39,274 nt of DNA from a virus. Under the pieces are notes generated by a model that saw only the letters and a list, made by a program, of their open reading frames with translations, did not search any database and had not been told where the DNA came from. How positions within the stretch are numbered: position 1 is the stretch's first letter; each line of letters starts with the position of its first letter. Where the stretch lies: IMG/VR virus record IMGVR_UViG_3300037511_000247, positions 1 to 39,274 of that record. The stretch is one strand, 5' to 3'. This document shows positions 22,667 to 31,231 of this stretch, piece by piece. The position numbers and the translations under genes were made by a program.

Positions 22667-22872
22667 TGATGGGCACCCAGGTTCGAAGCAGAAGCCGAAA
22701 TGCCGCCGGCACCGCCACCGCCGCCGCCTGTAGCTGTGAATCCTGCGCCGCCCCCGAGGAACGGAGGCGTCTCACGCGTCACCGTCGCGCCGGTCGGAAC
22801 CTCGATAGTGACGCCCGTTGACGTCCGGATGATGCAGCCTTCGCCAGCCGCCAGAACAATCTTCATTGTCAC
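22663..22872 (-). CDS. Small protein with poly-Gly tail
   Basis: 69 aa, ending ...FLGGGAGFTATGGGGGGAGGISASASNLGAHQ. Confidence 0.45.
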   Translation of the reverse strand: MTMKIVLAAGEGCIIRTSTGVTIEVPTGATVTRETPPFLGGGAGFTATGGGGGGAGGISASASNLGAHQ

Positions 22873-22874
22873 TC

Positions 22875-23132
22875 CTATGAAATCACGTTGCGGTCAGCGG
22901 TCCTGCGCCAGTCCGAGCCATCGCAAAAAGCGGGGGTGAAGCCGCCGACGTCGTCGGAGACCATAATCATCCCCCCACGCCAGCGGGTCGGATCTGGCAG
23001 CTTTGCTTTCGCGTAGACCGGCAGCGCATGCGGGCCGGCGAGTTTCGCTTCCACCCAGGACACGATGTCCTGCACCAAGCGCGTGGCCCAGCTCGGCGCC
23101 TCCGCCGACGCGCGCGGTGTCGCGGTGCCCAT
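22875..23132 (-). CDS. Hypothetical virion-module protein
   Basis: 85 aa containing RWRGGMIMVSDDVGGFTPAFCDGSDWRR. Its start shares one base with the upstream stop. Confidence 0.5.
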   Translation of the reverse strand: MGTATPRASAEAPSWATRLVQDIVSWVEAKLAGPHALPVYAKAKLPDPTRWRGGMIMVSDDVGGFTPAFCDGSDWRRTADRNVIS

Positions 23133-23761
23133 CAGACGGCGATATCGTTGCGGGAGACGAACGGCGTCGCACCGAATTGCGCGCGCTCGTTCGCGGCCTC
23201 AAGCTTGGTGATCAAGTCGCCGTAAAGGCCCTTCCAAAGGTCGATGCGCGGGTCAGTGCCCAGGTAGGCTTCCGCCGCGACTAGTGATCCATAGAGGTAG
23301 AGATTGCCGAAGTTCAGGAGCAGCCAGTTTGTCTGCGTGCCGCTGGCTAGCGGTGTAAGTGACTGATAATAATAGAGTTTAAGGCTGTATACGGCATCCG
23401 GAACCGGAGCCAATTCGAAGGTGGACCCCACGGTGGTGAAGCCCCTCGGCCGCGAGGACTGGCCGGACGGGAACTGCTTATATAATGCACCGGCCCCGTA
23501 AGCCTGGACCTGCTCCCGCGGGTCGGTCTGATTGATCAGCGCTTTGGCTTCCAGGTAGTCCGCCGGCAGCGCGACCGTGGCGGTGCTGGCCGCCGTGGTC
23601 AGGGTGGTCGTCGCCAGATTGAAGCGGGTCCGCAGCGGCAGCTCGGCATTGGCCGTCGTCTCGAACAGTGAAATGAACACCGGGATCTTGCTGACAAGGT
23701 CGGGCCGGTCGAGATGGTCCGAAATCTCGGTGATCAGGTTGTTGTAGGTATCGACTGACAT
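23132..23761 (-). CDS. Head-tail adaptor / tail-tubular-A-like protein (positional call)
   Basis: 209 aa. The call rests on size and position between the head genes and the fibre genes. No diagnostic motif recognised. Confidence 0.4.
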   Translation of the reverse strand: MSVDTYNNLITEISDHLDRPDLVSKIPVFISLFETTANAELPLRTRFNLATTTLTTAASTATVALPADYLEAKALINQTDPREQVQAYGAGALYKQFPSGQSSRPRGFTTVGSTFELAPVPDAVYSLKLYYYQSLTPLASGTQTNWLLLNFGNLYLYGSLVAAEAYLGTDPRIDLWKGLYGDLITKLEAANERAQFGATPFVSRNDIAV

Positions 23762-24108
23762 TAGACGTCGGTCCTCAGCCAGCGATAATCTGGGTCGCGG
23801 GTCATCTTCAGGACGATTTCCTTGAAGCCTTCGCGCGTATTGATGAACTTCAGCGCCTCAACCGAATTGCCGCAGCGGTCGGTGGCGAACTTCAGGAGGA
23901 TCGCCGGAGGGATGGACGCGATACGGCGCATCTCGCGGCTTTTGCTCCAACCACGCGTGCCGTCGGTTTGCGCACGCTTGTTGGCGTCGATAGCGCCCTC
24001 AACGTCTGCCTTGTATTCGATCCCGACAAGGTTCCCGTCGCTGTCGAAATGGGCAAATTCATGCGTGCCGTCCCACGCGACGTCTACCAGCTCACGTGCG
24101 GCGCTCAT
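23761..24108 (-). CDS. Hypothetical head-tail module protein
   Basis: 115 aa from ATG 24108, which forms an ATGA overlap with the upstream stop. The ORF track extends it to 24165. Confidence 0.5.
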   Translation of the reverse strand: MSAARELVDVAWDGTHEFAHFDSDGNLVGIEYKADVEGAIDANKRAQTDGTRGWSKSREMRRIASIPPAILLKFATDRCGNSVEALKFINTREGFKEIVLKMTRDPDYRWLRTDV

Positions 24109-24332
24109 CCCAGGCCTCGCGTCAATTCTGCGGCGCGGTGAAACGCGCTCATGTCGAAATAACAAGTGTCTCTGCGCAGCGCCTGGACCTGCTCCGGCGT
24201 GACGTTGCGCATTTCGGCCTCCATCGGCAGCGACGCCGCCGCGGCGAACGGTGCGAATGGCTTCAGCGCGTCTTCGAGCACTTCGATGTAGGCCAGGGCC
24301 TGCTCCAAGGTCTCAAGCGGCGGTCTGGGCAT
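24105..24332 (-). CDS. Hypothetical small protein
   Basis: 75 aa from ATG 24332, or 93 aa from GTG 24386. It overlaps the 3' end of the glycosyltransferase gene. Confidence 0.4.
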   Translation of the reverse strand: MPRPPLETLEQALAYIEVLEDALKPFAPFAAAASLPMEAEMRNVTPEQVQALRRDTCYFDMSAFHRAAELTRGLG

Positions 24333-25374
24333 GCGCCTGGTTCCAAACGGTTGGGTGGGCGCGGCGAACGGCTGAAGGCCAATCACCCGGAGTTTCCTGG
24401 CGCGCGAGTGTCAGGCTCGGATACCAAGGGCTGTCCGCCCGCTCGTTGTGCCAATACCAGAAGCGCCCAGTAGAGCCGCGCGGCAGGAGCACCACGCCCG
24501 GCTTCCCGAGAGCCCCGGCGACGTGGGCCGTTGTATTCGAGGTCGTAATCACAAAATCCAACGCCGCCACCTGGGCGACAAAGCTGTCCAGGTCAGTCAG
24601 CTGGTTGAATGACTGGTCGTTGACGATTTCAACACCGGCTTTCCCGAGTTCGGCCAATTCCTCGGACGTGTCGCCGTATTGGAGGTTCACCAGCCGTGCG
24701 CCGGACGACTGGAGTAGAGGCGCGAGGAACGTCAGGCACATGCTCTTGCCCAGCCCGTGGATGGCGTTCTGACTCCACCAGGACAGCCCGATCAGCCTTT
24801 TCCCGTCGGCGCGGTATTTATCGCGGAAGCGCAGCTTCTTGACCGGATCGGCCTGGAGATATGCCGGCTGTCGGAAATTCAGGTGAGGACGAACGGCGGC
24901 ACCGACGTCGGCGTGGGAGAGCTGGAAGTCAAATCGCCAATCAGCCAGGCGCCGCGGGACAGGATCGCCCACGCGATAGGTGATCGCCTGCGGGAAAGAC
25001 CTGCGGAAGACCGGCGCGAGCCGGCGGTTGCACATGATCGTGACGGAGCCGGCAATCTTGATCAGATCCGGGAACATGCCGGCCGCGAAAACCTGGTCCC
25101 CAATCCCGTGATCCGTCCAGACCAGCACATGCTTGCCGGTCAGGTCGGACCCGTCCCATTTCGCGACCGGGAACGTGTCGTAACTGACCTGCGAGCCGAG
25201 GCCCAGGTGCCACTTGTACTCAGGCCACCCCTCGGAGAGGCGGCCCAGAGACATCAGCATCCAGTGGCGGGCCTCGTTCCATTCCTTGTTGGTGGGATCG
25301 GAGGCAAGTTTGGCCTCGATGATGGCAAGTCCTGCTTCGCCGTCATCGAGGGTCAACTGCCGGCGTTCGGTCAA
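24313..25374 (-). CDS. GT-B fold glycosyltransferase, family 9 (heptosyltransferase-like)
   Basis: 353 aa. The N-lobe reads GKHVLVWTDHGIGDQVFAAGMFPDL. The C-lobe reads LDSFVAQVAALDFVITTSNTTAHVAGALGKPGVVLLP...FWYWHNERADSPWYPSLTLARQ. This is the signature of the TPR-associated GT9-like family. Start is TTG 25374, forming a TTGA overlap with the upstream stop. Confidence 0.65.
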   Translation of the reverse strand: MTERRQLTLDDGEAGLAIIEAKLASDPTNKEWNEARHWMLMSLGRLSEGWPEYKWHLGLGSQVSYDTFPVAKWDGSDLTGKHVLVWTDHGIGDQVFAAGMFPDLIKIAGSVTIMCNRRLAPVFRRSFPQAITYRVGDPVPRRLADWRFDFQLSHADVGAAVRPHLNFRQPAYLQADPVKKLRFRDKYRADGKRLIGLSWWSQNAIHGLGKSMCLTFLAPLLQSSGARLVNLQYGDTSEELAELGKAGVEIVNDQSFNQLTDLDSFVAQVAALDFVITTSNTTAHVAGALGKPGVVLLPRGSTGRFWYWHNERADSPWYPSLTLARQETPGDWPSAVRRAHPTVWNQAHAQTAA

Positions 25375-25688
25375 GCTTCCACCGGCGCGAAGTTGATGTT
25401 AGCCGTACCGGTTCGGGTGATCACGTTCACCACCGCCTGACCGCGGGTGTTCAACAGGACCGGTTCCGTGCTGTTGACCATAAGGTCGTTCAGCGTGGGC
25501 GTCATTGCGGAGCCCGGCGTGTTGATACCGCCGAGCTTCACATAGACAACGCCCGTATCCACCGTGGCCAGCACCGCACGCGGGAACTCACCCGAGCCGT
25601 TGGTGGGCAGCACCGTGGGCGTGGTGAGTGCCGCGGTGGTGGCGTTGATGGTTACGCCCGTCGAGGCAATCTTGATCGGGCTCCGCAT
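25371..25688 (-). CDS. Small Thr/Asn-rich head-associated protein candidate
   Basis: 105 aa, beta-rich and Thr/Asn/Val-rich, immediately upstream of the glycosyltransferase. Confidence 0.5.
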   Translation of the reverse strand: MRSPIKIASTGVTINATTAALTTPTVLPTNGSGEFPRAVLATVDTGVVYVKLGGINTPGSAMTPTLNDLMVNSTEPVLLNTRGQAVVNVITRTGTANINFAPVEA

Positions 25689-25692
25689 GGCG

Positions 25693-26226
25693 TTAGACCT
25701 TTCGAACGTCGGCGTAGAGCGTGATCTGCGCGGTGCTCCACTGACGGTTTGCGGTCACAAGGATCGCCTCGCCAACGCCCAGGATGCGCGTGGCGGCGCC
25801 CGAGCTGCCCTTGTTGTCGATGTTGTTCGGGTTGGGCGTCGAATTGGCCGTGTTGTAGTTGTAAGAGTCGATGAGGTTGTTGGATAACCCCTTCGGCTCA
25901 ATGCTGGAGGACAAGGTCCCGGTCCCGACGCTGATGGTGAATGTCACGTCCTGGCCCGTCGCAAAACGGAGCGAGGTAAGCCCGATCAGCAGTGCTTCCT
26001 GGAAGGGGTTCACCCAAATGGCGCAGCCGCCCGTGATATTGGCGGTGCCATTGTTGAGCGGGATTTTGACGGTCTGGACGCCGCGGAAGTTGGACTGGCT
26101 CTGGACCGCCGCGCTGGTGCCACCTACCGCCGGGTTGGCGGGGCCGCCGATGCGAAGGAGGCCAATGCCCTCCTGTTCGCTGTAGATGCTGATTGATCCG
26201 TCGTCGTGCTGTTTGAATTCGGCCAC
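25693..26226 (-). CDS. Head-associated protein (decoration/accessory candidate)
   Basis: 177 aa. GTG start at 26226 with GGAGG 5 nt upstream. It is the first gene after the major capsid terminator. Confidence 0.5.
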   Translation of the reverse strand: MAEFKQHDDGSISIYSEQEGIGLLRIGGPANPAVGGTSAAVQSQSNFRGVQTVKIPLNNGTANITGGCAIWVNPFQEALLIGLTSLRFATGQDVTFTISVGTGTLSSSIEPKGLSNNLIDSYNYNTANSTPNPNNIDNKGSSGAATRILGVGEAILVTANRQWSTAQITLYADVRKV

Positions 26227-26254
26227 GGTGGCCTCCTCTATCTGGGGAAAAGAA

Positions 26255-26280
26255 AAGGGCGCCGATGGTCTGGCGCCCTT
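26255..26280 (-). terminator. Intrinsic terminator/attenuator just downstream of the major capsid gene
   Basis: Perfect 9-bp stem AAGGGCGCC/GGCGCCCTT with an 8-nt loop. TTCTTTTCC follows on the minus strand. Confidence 0.65.
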
Positions 26281-26304
26281 GGTCTTTCAGCCGGTTGTGG
26301 TCGA

Positions 26305-27264
26305 TTACGACGTGGTGCAGTCGAACACCCAGGCGGAGCCGCTGTCGTTGCGGCTTTCGAGGGTGTATTCGGCCAGGATCATGGCCTTTTCGTTGTCACC
26401 GGTCTTGGCGAGGTCTTCCGTGCGCTTCGGACGGAGGTTCGCCACGGCCCACATGTCCGTCATCAGGCAGTGGACGGTGCGGTCGCGCGAGAAGCGGTTG
26501 GCCACCACCTTGTGGACGCCAAAGTCGGACTCGTAGACGTCGATGTTGGCCACCAGCTTCTTGTCCGAGGTGTCCTGGGTGCGGGTGTTGTTCCCGGTGA
26601 AGGTGGATACAACGGTCTTGTTGAACGGACCGACCATGATCGTGTCGATATCGCCACCGTTCGTCCAGGCACCCTGGATGGCCGTCTTCAGCAGAGCCTC
26701 GGTCAGGGGGCGCTGAGTGCCATCGGTTTTGGCCGCACCGGAGACCGACACGGCGCCGTTGGTGCCCTGGCTGTAGTTGTTGGTCGTGGTGACGCCGGCC
26801 CAGGTTTCCAAAGAACGGAGCTGGGGCGCGGTAGTCGAGTTGCCGGTCACAATGCCCTGGTTCTGGGTCAGGACATATTCCTGGTCGCGGTTCAGCTCTT
26901 TCGACCGCTTCATGAGCTGATAGACGATTTCCTTCTTGCGGCCGGCTTTGTTCACCGCGTCCTGGGTGCCCGAGATGATGCAGTCCTTGCGGCTGATCTG
27001 GGTACGGTTGCCCAAGCGAACGGTAGGGGTGACCGAGGAGAAGGTGTAGGAGGAGGTCGTATCATCGCCCTGGATCACAGCATTGGCGCCGGCTGCGGCA
27101 AGCGCGTCGGTCTGCCACTCGTGGAAGGTAGCTTCAGCTTTGGCTTTGCCGACGGCTGCCTGGAACGGGGTGTCGGTGGGGGAGATATTGTAGATCTTGT
27201 CGGCCAAGTCTTCGCGGTTGCCGACGGCCGAAAAGGTGAGGAAGGTTCCGCTAATGATCGCCAT
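26305..27264 (-). CDS. Major capsid protein (SU10/DUF5309-type, HK97 fold)
   Basis: 319 aa. NREDLADKIYNISPTDTPF followed by ATFHEWQTDAL is the N-terminal signature of this capsid family. It sits after a scaffold-like gene. Confidence 0.8.
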   Translation of the reverse strand: MAIISGTFLTFSAVGNREDLADKIYNISPTDTPFQAAVGKAKAEATFHEWQTDALAAAGANAVIQGDDTTSSYTFSSVTPTVRLGNRTQISRKDCIISGTQDAVNKAGRKKEIVYQLMKRSKELNRDQEYVLTQNQGIVTGNSTTAPQLRSLETWAGVTTTNNYSQGTNGAVSVSGAAKTDGTQRPLTEALLKTAIQGAWTNGGDIDTIMVGPFNKTVVSTFTGNNTRTQDTSDKKLVANIDVYESDFGVHKVVANRFSRDRTVHCLMTDMWAVANLRPKRTEDLAKTGDNEKAMILAEYTLESRNDSGSAWVFDCTTS

Positions 27265-27300
27265 GATGGCGTTCTCCTGCGTTGTGTGGAAGGGCTTGGA

Positions 27301-28362
27301 CTAGTCCAGCGCCGCCAGCACCGCGTTCGCCGCGTCCTCGAAACGGCCGGTCTTTTCGGCCTTCTTGAACAGGGCTGCAGCTTTTCCCCTACCGCCTTCA
27401 TTGTCGCCTTGGGCCTTCGGACGCATTATCCGGCCAGGATCAGCGGGGCGTCGCTGTTGGGCGATGCTCGCTTGCTGGGCCTTGATGCGGTCGCGGTCCA
27501 TGGCCTTGTACGCCACGCGGAGAATGTTGGGATCGCGGATGGACGCGAGGATGCCTTCGCCGAAACCTTCCTTGGTGAGGAAGGTCTTTAAGTCCTTCTG
27601 GAAGGTCACGCGCTTGTCCTGGTCCTTCCAGATCGGCCCTAACTCGGGGTCGGCCTCAAGGGCCTGGAGCGCGTTGGCAAAAGCCTCTCTGTCCTGGCGA
27701 ACCCGCCCCTCTTCCGCCTGCTGCTGGGCAGCGCCCAGCTCGTTGGCGAACGCCCCGATCTGACCAAGCGCCAATTGGTACTCTGTCCACTTGGCGTTTG
27801 CGGCCTGCTTGTCCTGCTCGAACAGCCGTTTCCAGCCGTCCACGCCCAGGGCATCGCCCTCGGCAATTACAGGATCCATCCGGCGCGCGAGGCCGATCAG
27901 GTGTTGAAGGTTCTGGGTGTACTGGGTGGTCGCTTTCTGCAGATTTTCCTGGGCGGCCTGCGCCGCGCGGGATGCCTCTGCATGTTCCTTGCGCGAATTC
28001 GTAAGCAGCGCTTCACGCTCGTTCTCCCGGGTCACCAGGTATTTCTGGGTCTCGGGTGGGAGTGCCTTGAAACGCTCTTTCTCCTCCGCCTTCCAGCTCG
28101 CGGGAGCTTCGATGGGCGTCGGACCCTGGGTCTTTTGACGGACTGGTTCCTCGGCTTCGTCGCTTGCGTCTGTGTCGGACCCCTCGCCAGCTTGTAGCTC
28201 GGCGTCCTCTCCCTCGCCGTCACCGGTCTCGCCGGCGCCGTCGTTGGATTCCTGTCCGGTGCTGTCCGTCGCGTCATCCGCGCCGTTGTCATCACCGAGA
28301 ATTGAAAGCACTTCATCAGCAGCGTGGTCAATCTGCTGGGTAGAGTCTTGGATGTTCGCCAC
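27301..28362 (-). CDS. Scaffolding protein candidate
   Basis: 353 aa. It has a highly acidic N-terminus (DDNGADDATDSTGQESNDGAGETGDGEGED) and a long helical remainder. It lies between portal and capsid genes. Confidence 0.55.
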   Translation of the reverse strand: MANIQDSTQQIDHAADEVLSILGDDNGADDATDSTGQESNDGAGETGDGEGEDAELQAGEGSDTDASDEAEEPVRQKTQGPTPIEAPASWKAEEKERFKALPPETQKYLVTRENEREALLTNSRKEHAEASRAAQAAQENLQKATTQYTQNLQHLIGLARRMDPVIAEGDALGVDGWKRLFEQDKQAANAKWTEYQLALGQIGAFANELGAAQQQAEEGRVRQDREAFANALQALEADPELGPIWKDQDKRVTFQKDLKTFLTKEGFGEGILASIRDPNILRVAYKAMDRDRIKAQQASIAQQRRPADPGRIMRPKAQGDNEGGRGKAAALFKKAEKTGRFEDAANAVLAALD

Positions 28363-28373
28363 GTGTCACTCCG

Positions 28374-28658
28374 CTAGGTGTGAGGTGATAGCCTGCCGGC
28401 CTGCTGGTCGGCCGCCTGTTGGGCTTTCTGTGTTTCCATGACGGCGTTGGCCGCCATCGTTTCAAGCTGGGCCTTGAGGCGCTGACAGGCGAACAGCACC
28501 CGATAAGTGTCCTCGCGGCCCTGGGTGTCGTTTGGCCGGCTCGCAGACCACTCCTTGGTCAAGTCCGCCTCGATCTGGGCGAAGGCCTGCATTGCCGCTT
28601 CATCGTTCAGCAGCCGCTTGGCGGCTTCACCGAGCAAAATGATCTGGTCTCGGGTCAC
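28374..28658 (-). CDS. Hypothetical small helical protein
   Basis: 94 aa. Its start forms an ATGA overlap with the portal stop. Confidence 0.5.
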   Translation of the reverse strand: MTRDQIILLGEAAKRLLNDEAAMQAFAQIEADLTKEWSASRPNDTQGREDTYRVLFACQRLKAQLETMAANAVMETQKAQQAADQQAGRLSPHT

Positions 28659-30883
28659 TGCATCACCGCCGGCTCGTTGGCAGCCAGGGTCTTCATCTGG
28701 GCGCTGATGGCGGCTGCGCGCGCCTTAGCCGCGTTGGCTGCCATGATGTCGTTGGCTTTCACTGCGGCCTTGAATTCCTCCAGGGCCATGTTGTGCTCCG
28801 CCTTCAGCATCTCCAGCATGGCGTCCAGATAGGCCTGTTCGCGCTGAAGCTGGGATTTCTGGGCGGCGGACTCGCGGTCGATCCGCAGCTTGGCCTGCGC
28901 CTGCTCCTGGATCGCGGCGAGCTGAGCCTTGGCGAGCTCCGCGGCCGGATCGGGCGGAGGCGGCGCCGGCTGCTGAGGCGGGATCGTTGACGGGTCGGTG
29001 TAAAACCCATCGTTCTCCTTGAAGCCCATGGCCTCGCACAGCTTCTCCAGCTTCTTGTAGACGTTTGGCGCGGTCAGCAGCGGACCGTTCAAGCCGCCCT
29101 GCTGCTGGACGATTGGCATATCCACCTGAGACAGCATGGCCATCAGCTGGTTGACCTGCTGCGTGCGGTTGCCCGTGCCGAGGCCGACGGCAACCTGCAT
29201 ATCCATCTTGGTCCGCCAGATTTTCGGGTCGATGTTCACCCACTCGCCGCGGAGGCGAACGGTGGTTTCCTTGTCCTGGTGGCGAGCCATGAGGCCAAGC
29301 ATGCGCTCGAACAGCTGCACCAGGCCCTGCTCCGCGAAATTGCGGGACAGCAGCATCTGCTGGTCCTGGCTCGAATCCTCCACGATGGCGGCGCCGGTCG
29401 CCGTCTTGTTGTACGGGTTCAGCGAGTCAGCCTGACCGCTGCCGGCAAAGCGCCGAATGCCCGTCCGCTGCTCACGAATGCGGTCCCAATAGTCCAGCAT
29501 CTGGAAGCCAGAACCGGAAACATCTTGGGTCTCTAGAGCCTTGACCGCGTTCATATCCTTGACGCGGATCGCAGAGCCCGGAACACGTGTAGAGGCGTCT
29601 TCGGCGTTTACCTTGCCTTCAAGGACCACTAGCTGCGGGGTGTTGTTGAAGTACATCCCGTCGAGCGTCTGGCGGTTGAGGGTGGACTTCACCAGCTGCA
29701 CGTCCATGGTTTTGTCCGTCATGGACTCGCCGTGCAGTTTGTAGGGATGCGGGTACGGGCACCATGCGCTGAACGGGTGCCCTTCGGTCTCCTCGTTATC
29801 CAGGATGCGATAACCGTCATTCCCGGCCATGCAGACCTTGCGCCACTCGGCGATACCGTCGCCGTCAAAGTCCACCTTCAGGTAGCACTCGGCGTACCAG
29901 ACCTGCCGCATGGACGGGTCTTCGTTGTCGTCCAGCCGGCCTGGAGTGCCGCCCTCGTCTTCGAAGCGCGTCACGGCTTCGCGGTTAAAATCCAGTTCGT
30001 CCGATGAGCCCAGATCCCAGACCTTCTCCTTGGGGTAGCCCATTTCGATCAGGTCAGAGATGGTGCGGCGCGCGCGGTGTGCGCAGAAAGAGGTTGTGTG
30101 CAGAGAGACGGTCCAGCGCTCGGTCAGGAACTCTTCCGATGGCAGGGACGCGATGGCGATGCGCCCGGTTTTCTCCTGCTTCTTGATCTTCACATCATAG
30201 GTTGAGCCATCGTCAAGCATCGGAGCCGGCGCTTGGAGCGGCGCGGCCGGCGGCGGTGGCGCTCCAGGCTGACCGCCAGCATTGGGCGCCGGTAACGCGG
30301 GCTGCGCGGGCGCGGGGCCCTGGCCCAGCTTCGCGGCCATCGTATCCACGTCGAGTTCGGCGCCGTCGGGCCCCTTACCGGTGATTTCAACGACTTCGGT
30401 GTTGTCGTCATCGATGAGGGTCAGAAGCTGGACGGCTGTTAGCCCCTCATACTTCTCGGTCGTGACCTCAACAGACTCCTCCCACCAGGACTTGACCACG
30501 CCGAGCTTGAACATCAGCCCGGCCTTGACCCAGCTCTGGATCAGAGAGAAGGCGTTGGGCTGGTTCTGAAACGCCCAGTTCAGGTAGTCGGTCGCCTGGC
30601 GGGCCGCAGCCTCGTCCTGTGAGCGCCGGGGCTGACACACAACAACGGTATCGGACGAGATGAACGGCTTCAGGACGCCGGGCAGAGCGCCGTCAATGGC
30701 CTCCGCCACGTCGCGCGATACGACCTGTGAACGGCCTTCCTTCTCGTTGCCGAACGGATCGCCGCGGTAATACTTCTCAGCTTCCTGCCGCTCCTTGGAC
30801 AGCCTGTCACTATCCCAGCTGACCGCGCTCGCCAGCTTCTGCGAGCAGATCTGCTTGAGGGTGGAGGCGTCCATTTGGGGCAT
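28655..30883 (-). CDS. Portal protein
   Basis: 742 aa. The call rests on position after terL and on size. The long Ala/Gln-rich helical C-terminus is reminiscent of P22-type portal barrels. Confidence 0.8.
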   Translation of the reverse strand: MPQMDASTLKQICSQKLASAVSWDSDRLSKERQEAEKYYRGDPFGNEKEGRSQVVSRDVAEAIDGALPGVLKPFISSDTVVVCQPRRSQDEAAARQATDYLNWAFQNQPNAFSLIQSWVKAGLMFKLGVVKSWWEESVEVTTEKYEGLTAVQLLTLIDDDNTEVVEITGKGPDGAELDVDTMAAKLGQGPAPAQPALPAPNAGGQPGAPPPPAAPLQAPAPMLDDGSTYDVKIKKQEKTGRIAIASLPSEEFLTERWTVSLHTTSFCAHRARRTISDLIEMGYPKEKVWDLGSSDELDFNREAVTRFEDEGGTPGRLDDNEDPSMRQVWYAECYLKVDFDGDGIAEWRKVCMAGNDGYRILDNEETEGHPFSAWCPYPHPYKLHGESMTDKTMDVQLVKSTLNRQTLDGMYFNNTPQLVVLEGKVNAEDASTRVPGSAIRVKDMNAVKALETQDVSGSGFQMLDYWDRIREQRTGIRRFAGSGQADSLNPYNKTATGAAIVEDSSQDQQMLLSRNFAEQGLVQLFERMLGLMARHQDKETTVRLRGEWVNIDPKIWRTKMDMQVAVGLGTGNRTQQVNQLMAMLSQVDMPIVQQQGGLNGPLLTAPNVYKKLEKLCEAMGFKENDGFYTDPSTIPPQQPAPPPPDPAAELAKAQLAAIQEQAQAKLRIDRESAAQKSQLQREQAYLDAMLEMLKAEHNMALEEFKAAVKANDIMAANAAKARAAAISAQMKTLAANEPAVMQ

Positions 30884-30887
30884 CAGA

Positions 30888-31019
30888 TCACCGGCTCAGA
30901 ACGCGTTCGCAGTAGAACCATGAGTGATCCTTGCGGCATTCGTTCCACATTGAGCATTCGGTCATAAGGCCGAAGCAGACCAGGGCGACCACGAGCGCAG
31001 CTACACCGACGCGGGCCAT
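30888..31019 (-). CDS. 43-aa micro-ORF: TM helix plus Cys-rich tail
   Basis: MARVGVAALVVALVCFGLMTECSMWNECRKDHSWFYCERVLSR, translated by hand. Its ATG shares one base with the upstream TAA (TAATG). Its stop lies 4 nt before the portal ATG. It is below the ORF-track cutoff. Confidence 0.45.
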   Translation of the reverse strand: MARVGVAALVVALVCFGLMTECSMWNECRKDHSWFYCERVLSR

Positions 31020-31231
31020 TAGGCGGCCTTCTTGCCCTTCTTCTCAGGCTCAGGCGGGGGCGGCGCCGGGCGCACGTCTTCCACGAGGATCGCCACGCCG
31101 GCCGGAATTTCATCGCGGAGTTTCTTGTGTGCGGCTGCTGCGGCTTCGTCGCCGGTAACTGCCTCCACGTCCACAAAGCGCTGCTCACGGTCGCGACCGT
31201 TCAGCACCTTGGCGCCAACGCGATAAAGCAT
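31019..31231 (-). CDS. Hypothetical small protein
   Basis: 70 aa. Its start shares one base with the terL stop. The C-terminus is Pro/Lys-rich. Confidence 0.5.
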   Translation of the reverse strand: MLYRVGAKVLNGRDREQRFVDVEAVTGDEAAAAAHKKLRDEIPAGVAILVEDVRPAPPPPEPEKKGKKAA

